From positions 1,536,001-1,600,000 of the forward strand of contig CBDFJQ010000002.1 of the NCBI GenBank assembly GCA_965248575.1: a DNA stretch of 64,000 nucleotides, written 5' to 3'. The notes beneath the pieces are model-generated. The model was not told the DNA's origin, did no database searches, and saw only the letters and a program-made list of their open reading frames with translations. The stretch is from Planctomycetota bacterium (GTDB lineage Bacteria; Planctomycetota; B15-G4). The position numbers and the translations under genes were made by a program. Positions 1 to 8,955 of the stretch are shown here, piece by piece; position 1 is the stretch's first letter; the number at the start of each line of letters is the position of its first letter.

Positions 1-84
1 CGTCGCCTGCCCACGGCGATCCTGGTCTTCGTGGTCTCCGCCGCGGAGTTGTGGGCCGTGCACACGGGTTTCAGCCTCTTCTAG
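1..84 (+). CDS. 3' end of a membrane protein (partial)
   Basis: Frame 1 reads RRLPTAILVFVVSAAELWAVHTGFSLF* with TAG at 82-84; hydrophobic; converges on the next gene. Confidence 0.4.
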   Translation, partial: RRLPTAILVFVVSAAELWAVHTGFSLF

Positions 85-115
85 CCGAGCTGTCTGCGCA
101 GCTGGCATGAACCGA

Positions 116-829
116 TCAGGGATCACCTGAACCTGCGACCGCAGTTCGAGAGGGAAGTTGGCCACGTGCCACCAAGCGCCCTAGGCGCCAGCGCGCCAGC
201 AGCAGCGCGGCAGCGATCCAGGCCGCGGCGTGCACGAGCAAGAGCGACTCCTGGCCGCCGAAACCGCGTTGGCCGAAGCTGCCCAGCCGGCCCAGGTCCG
301 GCAGCACGAGACTGAGCGCCGAACCCCAGGGGCTGCCCTCCAACCAGCTGCGGAGATGACCTGCCACCGCCAGGACCCACAACGCAGGAACACACTGAGC
401 GCGCGGCAGGAAAGCTCCGAGTGCCAGCCCTGCAGCCGCAAGGACGGCGAGCTCCAAGCTGAGGCCCCAAGGCGCCAAGGGACCACCCCCCCCGGCCACG
501 GCAGCGCAGAGCACTGCTGGTACGGTGGCCAACGTCAGGCCCAGGCAGCGGCTCGGGAGAGCGAAGCCGGCGCCCTTGGCCACCCGCAGCGCCAGGAGCC
601 CATGACGAGCCTCCCGGGCCACCAGCAACGGTTCGGCGAGGGAGAGCGCCAGGAGCCCTGCGAACAGAAGGCTTCCGCTGCGCACTTCCACGAGGAACTC
701 AGGCGTTGCCCCCAGATGACCCGCCACGAGTCGTGTGCTCAGCCAGGCGGCACCCGAGCTGACCAGCAGCAGGGGTCCCAGGACGCCCGGAGTCAGGCTG
801 CGACGGAGCGTGCTCTGGAGGATCATCAC
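116..829 (-). CDS. hypothetical multi-pass membrane protein (possibly ABC-2 permease-like)
   Basis: About 6 hydrophobic segments; a VLPDLGRL re-entrant-like stretch precedes the last TM. Confidence 0.55.
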   Translation of the reverse strand: MMILQSTLRRSLTPGVLGPLLLVSSGAAWLSTRLVAGHLGATPEFLVEVRSGSLLFAGLLALSLAEPLLVAREARHGLLALRVAKGAGFALPSRCLGLTLATVPAVLCAAVAGGGGPLAPWGLSLELAVLAAAGLALGAFLPRAQCVPALWVLAVAGHLRSWLEGSPWGSALSLVLPDLGRLGSFGQRGFGGQESLLLVHAAAWIAAALLLARWRLGRLVARGQLPSRTAVAGSGDP

Positions 830-898
830 GCCCCCATCCTGGCCCAGGACCCCGTGCCATTCCTAGGGCAGATCCCAGTACCGTGCCCAGTACGGTGC

Positions 899-1420
899 CT
901 AGTGCCGGTCGAGGGCGGCCACCGTGGAGATGCCTTCGCCCGACATGCGCAGCATGACCTTGCCCAGGATCTGCGACACGGGGACGGGGCCGAAGTCCCT
1001 GCTGTCCACGGACACAGCCCGGTGATCACCCATGACGAAGTACTCGTCGCCTCCCAGCGTCAGCGCATGCATGGAGTCGGCAACCTTGTACGGCCCGGGG
1101 ATGTCTTCCTCGACTCTCTTCCCGTTGCGCCACAAGGCCCCTTTGTCCAGGGCGATGAGATCCCCGGGAGCACCCACGACGCGCTTCACGAGCACCTCGT
1201 CATGCACCTCGAAGACCACGGTGTCCCCCGCGAGCACGGGATGGACCAGCCAGGATTCATCGGCCACCAGGATGCGATCACCGTCCTGGAGCGTGTCGAG
1301 CATCGACGTTCCGGCGACCCGGTAGACGGTGAAGAGGCTCGCCCGTGCCACGGCCATGAGCAAGACCGCCGCCGCAAGAACACGCAACATCAGCACGAGC
1401 TTGTGACGAGACCCACCCAT
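899..1420 (-). CDS. lepB: signal peptidase I (S26)
   Basis: N-terminal TM, GTSM (catalytic Ser), VKRV (catalytic Lys), YFVMGDHR..SVDSR.FGPVP. Confidence 0.93.
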   Translation of the reverse strand: MGGSRHKLVLMLRVLAAAVLLMAVARASLFTVYRVAGTSMLDTLQDGDRILVADESWLVHPVLAGDTVVFEVHDEVLVKRVVGAPGDLIALDKGALWRNGKRVEEDIPGPYKVADSMHALTLGGDEYFVMGDHRAVSVDSRDFGPVPVSQILGKVMLRMSGEGISTVAALDRH

Positions 1421-1575
1421 ACCCGGACATCCGAGGCCGCAAGGAACCAGCCCCTCTTATCGGCCGCCCTCGCCGGCACCCTGACCCTCAATCCGCAGGA
1501 AGAGCCAGGCTGTGGGCCTGTAGCCCAAGCGGGCGCCTCGGGCCGTTCAAGGGGGGCTCAAGGGGGGGGCAGAAC

Positions 1576-2280
1576 CTAGAACAGGTTGTATTTGATGATG
1601 CACCAGAGGGCCTGGAAGCCGTCCTTCACACCAATCTTCTTGCCCTCGGCGAAGTCGCGCCCGAAGTAGGACACGGGCACCTCGTAGATGCGCACCTTGC
1701 TGCCGTTGAACTTCATGCGCGAGATCTTCGCGGTCATCTCGGGTTCGACGCCGAACCGGTTGCTCTCGATGTTGAGACGGTCGGCGACCTCGCGGCGGAA
1801 GACCTTGTAGCAGGTCTCCATGTCCGTGAGGTTCAGGTTGGTGAGCATGTTCGAGAACAGGGTCAGGCCCTTGTTCACCACGTAGTGCCAGAACAGGTGG
1901 CAACGGTGCGCGCCACCACCGAGGAAGCGGCTGCCGTAGACCACATCGGCGAGTCCGTCTTCGATGGGCTTGAGCAGCGCCGGGTAGTCGTCCGGCGTGT
2001 ACTCGAGGTCGGCGTCCTGGATCAGGACGATGTCGCCTTCGACCTTGGCGAAGCCAGCCTTCAGGGCCGCCCCTTTGCCCTGGTTCACGTCTTGGAAGAA
2101 GATCCGCAGGCCGGGGATGTTCTCGGCCTCCATCTCCCGCAGCACATCGCGAGTGCCATCCTTGGAGCCATCGTCCACGACAACGAGCTCCTTGTCGTGG
2201 GGCGTCGCGAGGACGCGTTCGATGATGGTGCGGATGGTCTGCCGCTCGTTGTAGACCGGCATGACGACGCTGATTTTCAT
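1576..2280 (-). CDS. GT2 glycosyltransferase, DPM/polyprenol-phosphate glycosyltransferase-like
   Basis: ISVVMPVYNE, VVDDGSKDGT, NQGKGAA, IQDADLEY, DMETCYK; start placed at MKISVV. Confidence 0.9.
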   Translation of the reverse strand: MKISVVMPVYNERQTIRTIIERVLATPHDKELVVVDDGSKDGTRDVLREMEAENIPGLRIFFQDVNQGKGAALKAGFAKVEGDIVLIQDADLEYTPDDYPALLKPIEDGLADVVYGSRFLGGGAHRCHLFWHYVVNKGLTLFSNMLTNLNLTDMETCYKVFRREVADRLNIESNRFGVEPEMTAKISRMKFNGSKVRIYEVPVSYFGRDFAEGKKIGVKDGFQALWCIIKYNLF

Positions 2281-2386
2281 GAGGAGATTCCCGAGGCGGT
2301 CGGAATCATCCCGCAAGATCCGAAGACGATCAAGGCGAGGTTGATGGGCTGGCTGGTCAAGGGCTGGTTGGGGGCTGGTTGGGGGC

Positions 2387-3568
2387 CTAGCGATCCGAGG
2401 CGATGCGTGGATCCACCACCACCTCGGAAGTGCCGAAGACCTGCTCCAGCTGGAAGGTCTGCATGAGGGCCCGGATCATGTGGGAGAACTCAGGCGATTC
2501 CTCGACCGCCCAGAACGGAATCTTGAACATTGGCAGGATCTCGCTGTCCGGGCGCTTTCGCCGGCTTTGGATATCCCGCCGCTTTCCGGCCATGCAGTCG
2601 ATCAGCATGGTGAAATCGTTGATGGCCAACATGTCCGCCTTGGCGGGTGGTGGGATGCCCACGGACCTCTTGTTGGCGCGCAGCTTGAGCAGGACCTCGT
2701 GCATCCGGCCCCGGCCCCGGGCGTCCCGGGCATTGATCCGGTAGCCAGCGTCGTCCAGGGCCAGCACGTAGGACATGCGCTTCTGGTGGACGAGCATGGC
2801 GGCCGGCAGGACCCGGTGCAGCACGTGCTCCTCGTAATTCTTGTAGATGAGCCACAGCGGATTGCGCATCTGCAGCAGCCGGATCTTGTGCACGTCGATG
2901 CGTCGGCTGGTGCTCATATGGTGGTGGTAGGCCAGGGACTGCGGCACGTAGAGGACGCGGTAGCCCAGCACCCAGAGCCGGAAGCCCAGGTCGACATCCT
3001 CGTAGTAGGCGAAGAAGTCCTCGTCGAAGCGGCCCGCGTCCTCGTAGACCTCGCGCCGGATCGCCATGGAGCCACCGCAGGCGAAGAGCGTCTCGCAGGG
3101 CTTCTTGTAACGGTCGATGTCGGGGTCACCCATCCCCACCTGCCAGCCGATGCCGTGGAAGTTCATGGCCGAGCCACCGAAGTTCACAACCTGCCCATTC
3201 CAACTCAACGTCATGGAACTCGTGCAGTCCGCCTCCCCTGCCACGATCGGAGCCACCAGCTCCTTCAGCCAGGTGGACTCCACCCGCATGTCGGTGTTGA
3301 GGAAGACCAAGACCTCGGCGTTCGACGCCTCGACCCCCACGTTGACGCCCCCGGCAAAGCCGTGGTTCTGGCGGCACGGAACGCAGCGTGCGTCAGGGGC
3401 CTGCTTGTCGAGCCACTGGACCGAGCCGTCGACGGAGGCGTTGTCGACCATCACCACCTCGAGCAGGTCCGCGGGATAATCCACGGCACGCAGCGACTCG
3501 AACAGCTTCTCGAAGTGATGCCGCCCGTTGAGGTTGACGAGAATGATGGAAACCGAGGGCAGGCTCAC
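2387..3568 (-). CDS. GT2 glycosyltransferase
   Basis: VSIILVNLNG, VDNASVDGS, NHGFAGG, FLNTD, FFAYYEDVDLG; GTG start at 3568 overlaps the upstream TGA (GTGA). Confidence 0.9.
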   Translation of the reverse strand: MSLPSVSIILVNLNGRHHFEKLFESLRAVDYPADLLEVVMVDNASVDGSVQWLDKQAPDARCVPCRQNHGFAGGVNVGVEASNAEVLVFLNTDMRVESTWLKELVAPIVAGEADCTSSMTLSWNGQVVNFGGSAMNFHGIGWQVGMGDPDIDRYKKPCETLFACGGSMAIRREVYEDAGRFDEDFFAYYEDVDLGFRLWVLGYRVLYVPQSLAYHHHMSTSRRIDVHKIRLLQMRNPLWLIYKNYEEHVLHRVLPAAMLVHQKRMSYVLALDDAGYRINARDARGRGRMHEVLLKLRANKRSVGIPPPAKADMLAINDFTMLIDCMAGKRRDIQSRRKRPDSEILPMFKIPFWAVEESPEFSHMIRALMQTFQLEQVFGTSEVVVDPRIASDR

Positions 3569-5940
3569 CTGTGGCGGGCTCCGCTGATGTGCGCGCGCGG
3601 CCCCCGGCAGGACACAACCTGCCGGTATCGCCACTCCCACTCCTCGGCCTCGTCGGCGTCGGTCTTGATGGGAGGTGCTGCGGAAGCCAAGCGTTCCCCA
3701 AGATCCGGATCCGAGAGGAATCTCTCAAGGGCAGACTGCAGAGATTGGGCGTTTCCTGTTTCGAACAGGAGTCCGTTGACGTCGTGCTCGATTCCCTCGG
3801 CGATGCCAGCGATGTCGCTGCCCACCAGAGGCGTCCCCGCGAGGTGGGCCTCCCGCACCGTCAGTCCGTAGGCCTCCTGCCAGATGGAGGGGACCACCAG
3901 CACGTCCAAGGAGCCATGAATGGGCCCCAGGGCGTCGTGGTCGAAGCGGCCGTGGAAATGGATGCAATCCCCAGCGATCCGTCGGGCAGAGGCCGTCACC
4001 GCCTGGATCTCGGCGGCCACCGTGGGGTCGTTGCCGCCCTCATGATCCCCGTGCACGTGCAGCTCGGCAGCCCCAGCGGGCAAGGCGGCGACCGCCTCTG
4101 CCAGCAGCTCGAGGCCCTTGAACCAGACGATGCTGCCGATGAAGCCCACGCGCAGCGCTGCTCCGGGCTTGCGCGCCGTTCGCACCGGCGGCCCCTCGCT
4201 GAGCCAGCGGGTGTCCATGCCATAGGCACTCAGCGCGATGTCTGCCGCCGGGATCCCCAGCCCCTCCATGGACTTCTTGAGGGTGACGGACGGGACGACC
4301 AGGGAGTCCGCCCGCTGCAACACCTCGCGCATCCAAACTTCGCGCCGCAAGAGGGAGGCGGTGTCCTGCTTGCTCTTCTCTCGCCCCGGTGGCGGTGCTG
4401 GCACGGATTGGGGAACCCCCTCCGCCCAGAGTGTCGCCAGACCGCCCAGCAGGCGGTCGACCCGTGCCAAGGGGTCGATCAGCTTGGGCTTGTCCTTGAC
4501 GCAAGCTGCGCAGCCCAGCCCTGGCGGCGGGATCAGGCAGTTGCTCCGGTCAGGACGAATCAGCTGCACCTTCGGGCAGCGCGCCCAGAAGTCACTCAGG
4601 GTGACGACGCAGGGAACGTCGCCCACCTGGCAGCGGTCGATCAGCCCCGTCGACAGGTGGATCATGTGCTGCAGGTGCACGACGTCGGGCTGTTCGGCAG
4701 CGAGCACCTTGTCGAAGGCGTCTTCGGCAGGTCGGAAGCGATAGGTCTCGTCAACTCCCGAGAAGGCGAGGTGGTTCACGAAGCGATGGACCTTGAAGCC
4801 GTCGAACTCGGCCTCGTGAACGGAGCGATCGTGTTCCTCGGGCGTGCCGGGGCTGCGCACGAACAAGACCACCTCGTGCCCCCGTTCGCGCAGCGCCCGC
4901 GCCAGCGTGAGCGACAGGACCTCAACGCCGGCCCAGGAGTCCGGCGGGAAACCGTGCACGACCATCAGGATCTTGAGCGCGGGCCCCAGCACGGGAACCT
5001 GGGCTGGGTCCAGCGCAGTGCGCTCACGCCTCGCGCGTCGCCCACCCTTCCAGAAGCCGTGGAACTCGGCGAAGTGATAGACCGGCGAGAGCAGCGACCA
5101 CTTGACCTTGTCGATCTTGCTGAGGGGCGTCGTCGCCAGATAGCGCCGGTCCTCCTTCCAGCTCCGGACGGTCATGATCCAGACGTGTTTCAACTCATCG
5201 ATGCAGGTTCGATCGAGCAGCCGCATGTTCATGTCGGCGTCTACCTGCGTCCGGGCATGCACGCTGGCCGCCTCGTACTCATGGCTGTGCAGGACCTCGC
5301 TGGTAGGGTCAAAGACCACGGTCCAACCCGCCTCCAGCACGGCCTTGGCGTACCTGATGTCCTCACCCATCATGCCGCGCACCAGCGGCAACTGCTGCCA
5401 CACGGATCGGCGCAGACAGCTCGACACGTCGTTGTAATTGCAGTCCACCCGCAGGCTGTGCGGGTCCATGGCCGCCCAGGCTTCGGGCGATTCCATGCTC
5501 ACTTCCAGCCGCTCCGTGCCGTAGCACAGGTCCCCCTCGCAGCCACGCTTCACCAACGGGCCCGCATCCGGTCGTGGCAGGATGCGACTGAAGGCGCCGG
5601 CCACCTTGGGGTCCTCGAAGTTGCGCACGAGGTTGCGCAGCCAGTGAGGTCCGACAGGTTCGGCATCCTGGACCAGCAACACCACCAGCTCCCCGCGGGT
5701 CATGCCCACACCCAGGTTTCGGGTGTCTCCGTGATCGAAGGCGCTGGGATGGATGCGATGACACTTCACGCCGGGGCGGGCAGCGATGTCGTCGAGGCTT
5801 CCATCCGTGGAACCGGAATCGATGACGAGGATGTCCACGGGACCGTCGTAGTCCTGGGCCAGCACCGCGTCGAGGCAGGGCGCCAACACAGGCCGCCCAT
5901 TCTTGGCGGGAATCACCACGGAGACGGAGGGCGAACTCAT
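3565..5940 (-). CDS. bifunctional GT2-GT4 glycosyltransferase fusion
   Basis: N-terminal GT2 (VVIPAKNG, IDSGSTDGS, FDHGDTRN, LLVQDA); C-terminal GT4 (LKILMVVH, KGL, PSIWQEAYG..VREA) with 4-Cys insert. Confidence 0.9.
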   Translation of the reverse strand: MSSPSVSVVIPAKNGRPVLAPCLDAVLAQDYDGPVDILVIDSGSTDGSLDDIAARPGVKCHRIHPSAFDHGDTRNLGVGMTRGELVVLLVQDAEPVGPHWLRNLVRNFEDPKVAGAFSRILPRPDAGPLVKRGCEGDLCYGTERLEVSMESPEAWAAMDPHSLRVDCNYNDVSSCLRRSVWQQLPLVRGMMGEDIRYAKAVLEAGWTVVFDPTSEVLHSHEYEAASVHARTQVDADMNMRLLDRTCIDELKHVWIMTVRSWKEDRRYLATTPLSKIDKVKWSLLSPVYHFAEFHGFWKGGRRARRERTALDPAQVPVLGPALKILMVVHGFPPDSWAGVEVLSLTLARALRERGHEVVLFVRSPGTPEEHDRSVHEAEFDGFKVHRFVNHLAFSGVDETYRFRPAEDAFDKVLAAEQPDVVHLQHMIHLSTGLIDRCQVGDVPCVVTLSDFWARCPKVQLIRPDRSNCLIPPPGLGCAACVKDKPKLIDPLARVDRLLGGLATLWAEGVPQSVPAPPPGREKSKQDTASLLRREVWMREVLQRADSLVVPSVTLKKSMEGLGIPAADIALSAYGMDTRWLSEGPPVRTARKPGAALRVGFIGSIVWFKGLELLAEAVAALPAGAAELHVHGDHEGGNDPTVAAEIQAVTASARRIAGDCIHFHGRFDHDALGPIHGSLDVLVVPSIWQEAYGLTVREAHLAGTPLVGSDIAGIAEGIEHDVNGLLFETGNAQSLQSALERFLSDPDLGERLASAAPPIKTDADEAEEWEWRYRQVVSCRGPRAHISGARHR

Positions 5941-6944
5941 GCCGCACGTCCCCCTGAATTCGAACTCGTTCCTGAACCGGGCCCCGTGCCGGGGCCACGA
6001 CCGGGGCCGAGGCCGTCCAGCGACAGCTGAGGACGATCGGGAAGCGCGCCGAGCGGTCCCCTGCTACCGCGCAGTTGGGCCATGACCTGTGCCCAACGCA
6101 GGGATGAGCTGGCTCTCAGGGCCTCGGGCGTGCGCCGCTCTGGATGGTCCGCCAGCCAACGCCGATCCGCAGCCAACTCCGCAGCCCAACCTTTCAAGGC
6201 ACTCATCCAGCCAGCGCGCACACGCAAGCCGAAGCGCTCACGGAAGAAGCGCGCGTCCTGCTCGTAGCGCTCTGCCACCGAATCCACGTCGTACTCGTGG
6301 CCGTGCTCCACCACGGCCTGCGGCACATGCCCCAACGCCCACCCGCCCCACAGCAGGTCATGGGCCAGCAGGGCGTCCTCGCCAAAATCCGTGTCCCGGA
6401 AGCGTACCGCCTCGAACACGGACGAGCGCACAGCCAGCGCAATGCTGTCGAGACTCAGGTGCCCGCGCCACCGGTCAGCACCCCAGGTGGAGAGCTCCGT
6501 CTCCGAGAAGGGCCCGACCCGTCGCGCCTCTTCGCTGTGGCAAGGCGAACGCTCCACGCTGGAGTGGGTCAGCACCCCCGAGCCAGCAGGAGGCACCTGA
6601 CGAGCGGTGACCGCTCCCAAGTTGGGGTCTTCCAGCGCTGAGGCCAGGTGGCCCAGAAAGCCGGGTCCTTGGGGCACCGCGTCCTGCACCAGGAACACCA
6701 CCACGTCCACGGGCGGCAAGGCCTCGAACCCCAGGCTGCGCGTCGGACCGTGCCGGAACTCCGAGCGAGGGATCGACAGCACTTCGGCTCCGTGTTCCTG
6801 CGCAGCTTCCACGCTGCCATCGTCGGAGCCCGAGTCCACCACCACCACGGCCTTCGGCGCATGCTCCTGAGTCGCCAGGGCTTCCAGACACGAGCGGAAG
6901 CGATCGCCTCCCAGGAGCGTCGGTATGACCACGCCCGTCTCTAT
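5937..6944 (-). CDS. GT2 glycosyltransferase (rhamnosyltransferase-like)
   Basis: VVIPT, VDSGSDDGS, FRHGPTR, FLVQDA, FGEDA; paralogous to the GT2 half of the adjacent fusion. Start uncertain: GTG 6932 or ATA 6944. Confidence 0.85.
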   Translation of the reverse strand: METGVVIPTLLGGDRFRSCLEALATQEHAPKAVVVVDSGSDDGSVEAAQEHGAEVLSIPRSEFRHGPTRSLGFEALPPVDVVVFLVQDAVPQGPGFLGHLASALEDPNLGAVTARQVPPAGSGVLTHSSVERSPCHSEEARRVGPFSETELSTWGADRWRGHLSLDSIALAVRSSVFEAVRFRDTDFGEDALLAHDLLWGGWALGHVPQAVVEHGHEYDVDSVAERYEQDARFFRERFGLRVRAGWMSALKGWAAELAADRRWLADHPERRTPEALRASSSLRWAQVMAQLRGSRGPLGALPDRPQLSLDGLGPGRGPGTGPGSGTSSNSGGRAA

Positions 6945-7612
6945 GACTTCCTCCAGCCCCTGAAGGGCGAGCGCAAGAACTTCAGGAAGCGGTAGGGCAG
7001 GCTGTTCCAGACCCGGTCCAACTGCTTCTCGAGGCTCTGGATGTGCGTGGTTTTCTCGTTCAAGGCCTTCCAGAGATCCTCGATGGTCTGCTCCAGGCGG
7101 CCCACCCCATCCATGATGTTGTTCTTCTCGCTCATGAGCAGGTCCAGTTCCCGGGTCTGCTCGTCCAGGAAAGCGATGGCCTGCTCCGCAGCGACCATGC
7201 GCAACTGAACGTCGGCCAGCCAGTCGGGAGAAAGCTCGCGGTCGCCGACGCGGATGACGCCCAGGTTGTCCTCCAGCTGCATGAGGCCGGGCGTCTCGCC
7301 GGGCAAACCGGCGATCATCTCCTCGACCATGCTCCAGGCGATGTGGATGTGCGAGGGCGTGAGGGTCTCGGGCGTCGGCAGTGTGAAGGTATCGCGGCTG
7401 ATGCCCTTCTCCCTGAAGAGGTCGGCAATCTCCGTCACCTTGCCGAGCCGGTCCAGCTGCTCCTCGAGCTTTCGGTTGGCTTCGATCAGGTGGTAGATCT
7501 GCCCCACCAGATGGGCCTCGTGCCGGCGCACCTCTTCGGCATCCCGAGCCCCGGGCGCTCCGGACGCCGGGCCGTTCGTTGGGGCCTCATCGTGCTTCGA
7601 TTCGCTCGTCAT
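6941..7612 (-). CDS. coiled-coil protein with C-terminal amphipathic helix (WbdD-tail-like, no catalytic domain seen)
   Basis: Heptad-rich helices ending VWNSLPYRFLKFLRSPFRGWRKS; ATGA coupling to the upstream GT4. Confidence 0.7.
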   Translation of the reverse strand: MTSESKHDEAPTNGPASGAPGARDAEEVRRHEAHLVGQIYHLIEANRKLEEQLDRLGKVTEIADLFREKGISRDTFTLPTPETLTPSHIHIAWSMVEEMIAGLPGETPGLMQLEDNLGVIRVGDRELSPDWLADVQLRMVAAEQAIAFLDEQTRELDLLMSEKNNIMDGVGRLEQTIEDLWKALNEKTTHIQSLEKQLDRVWNSLPYRFLKFLRSPFRGWRKS

Positions 7613-8955
7613 GACGTGATCCTCGCACTCGAGAGGGCCTGCTCCCAGAGACTCACGAAGTCATCTGCATTCTGTTCCAGGGTGCGCACCTGCTCGATGC
7701 CCATCGCCAGCTTGGTCAGCAAAGAGGGATCCTCTTCGAATTCAGCCAAGACCCCCGTCAAGGAGCCGGGGTCACCGGCTGCGAACGTCCGGCCGTTCAC
7801 ACCATCCTGGACGATCTCCGAGAGCCCGCCCAGGTCGCTCGCGATCACCGGGCGCCCTGCACAGAAGGCCTCGAGCACCACGAAGGGCGTGTTCTCGTAC
7901 CAGACGGAAGGCACCACCAGGACATCAATGGACGAGAGGGCGTCCGCCAGCTCGCCGTGCCCATAGGGGCCCTTGAAGTTGATGCGCGGGTCCACGTCCG
8001 CGAAGGCCCGCACGCGCTTGGCGTACTTGGGGAAGTGCGTCATGTTGCCGCGCACCACCAGCCGCAAGCGCTCGCCGTGACACTCCCGGAAGGCGGAGAC
8101 CAGGATCTCCAGACCCTTCTGCGGGTTCACGCTGCCGAAGAACCCGAAGGTGACGGTGCCCTCACCGGCCACGGGGATCGCCTTGATGCGGCCCTCGGGT
8201 GCGTCCACCCCATAGGGCAGGTGGCGCATGTGTCCGTCCGCATAGCCGTGGTTCAGGAACAGGCTCTTGATGAAGCGGCTCGGGGCGATCAACCCCGTGA
8301 CCTTGTCGAGAATCCCGCGAATGAACTCCTTGCGACCGTGGAGTGCTGCGCGCCGGGGCCCGACGCCCGAGTGATTCAGGTCGGCGTACGAGGGCTCGGG
8401 GGCAGCAGCCTCCACGAAGCCGTCGCGCTTCCCGAACATGCGCAGCCCCTGGTAGCCGTAGTTGTCCGGCGCCAGGCACTCCACGCAGGTGGAAGTTTCC
8501 GGCCCTTCGCACAACGCCCCATCGTGGCGCAGGAATTGCACGGTCGGACACAGGAACCAGTAGTCCATGAGCTGTACGAAGACCGGGATGCCACGCATGC
8601 GGCACTCTTCGATCAACGACAGCCCCAAGCCCATGAGATGGAAGACGTGCACGACGTCGGGCTTCATCTCATCCAGCCAACGGCCGAACTGCTTGCCGAG
8701 GAAGACGTTGTAGAAGTCGTGCAAGGCGTGGTTGGGAGCCAACCCGTCGAAGAAGGTCAGCCGCGTGACCGGCACCTCGTCCACGGAGTCTTCCACCACC
8801 TTGAATGAGGTCTGGCGCCGGGGATCCGGCTCGTGGGTGAAGACCCGCAAATCATGGCCTTGCCCCCTCAGCACGCCGGCCAGGCGATGGGCGTAGATCT
8901 CGGTCCCGGTGCTGTAGCGCGGGGGATACTGGTGGACGACAAAGGCGACTCTCAC
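7609..8955 (-). CDS. GT4 glycosyltransferase (ExpE7-like, 4-Cys insert)
   Basis: RVAFVVH.YPP, GTE, KGL, VPSVWYENTP.VVLEA. Confidence 0.9.
   Translation of the reverse strand: MRVAFVVHQYPPRYSTGTEIYAHRLAGVLRGQGHDLRVFTHEPDPRRQTSFKVVEDSVDEVPVTRLTFFDGLAPNHALHDFYNVFLGKQFGRWLDEMKPDVVHVFHLMGLGLSLIEECRMRGIPVFVQLMDYWFLCPTVQFLRHDGALCEGPETSTCVECLAPDNYGYQGLRMFGKRDGFVEAAAPEPSYADLNHSGVGPRRAALHGRKEFIRGILDKVTGLIAPSRFIKSLFLNHGYADGHMRHLPYGVDAPEGRIKAIPVAGEGTVTFGFFGSVNPQKGLEILVSAFRECHGERLRLVVRGNMTHFPKYAKRVRAFADVDPRINFKGPYGHGELADALSSIDVLVVPSVWYENTPFVVLEAFCAGRPVIASDLGGLSEIVQDGVNGRTFAAGDPGSLTGVLAEFEEDPSLLTKLAMGIEQVRTLEQNADDFVSLWEQALSSARITS

Noticed and set aside
843..910. Degenerate CCCAGTACCGTG-like repeats; also GGGCTGGTTGG repeats at 2346-2382 and the GP-rich tail at 5975-6012
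   Set aside because: Short low-complexity slippage repeats with no evidence of function
3571..6030. 819-aa plus-strand ORF, and similar long antisense ORFs (230-1579, 9033-10595, 20853-22532, 25109-27523, 45985-47508, 55399-57354)
   Set aside because: Shadow frames opposite well-supported genes; expected from GC-rich codon bias; no motifs
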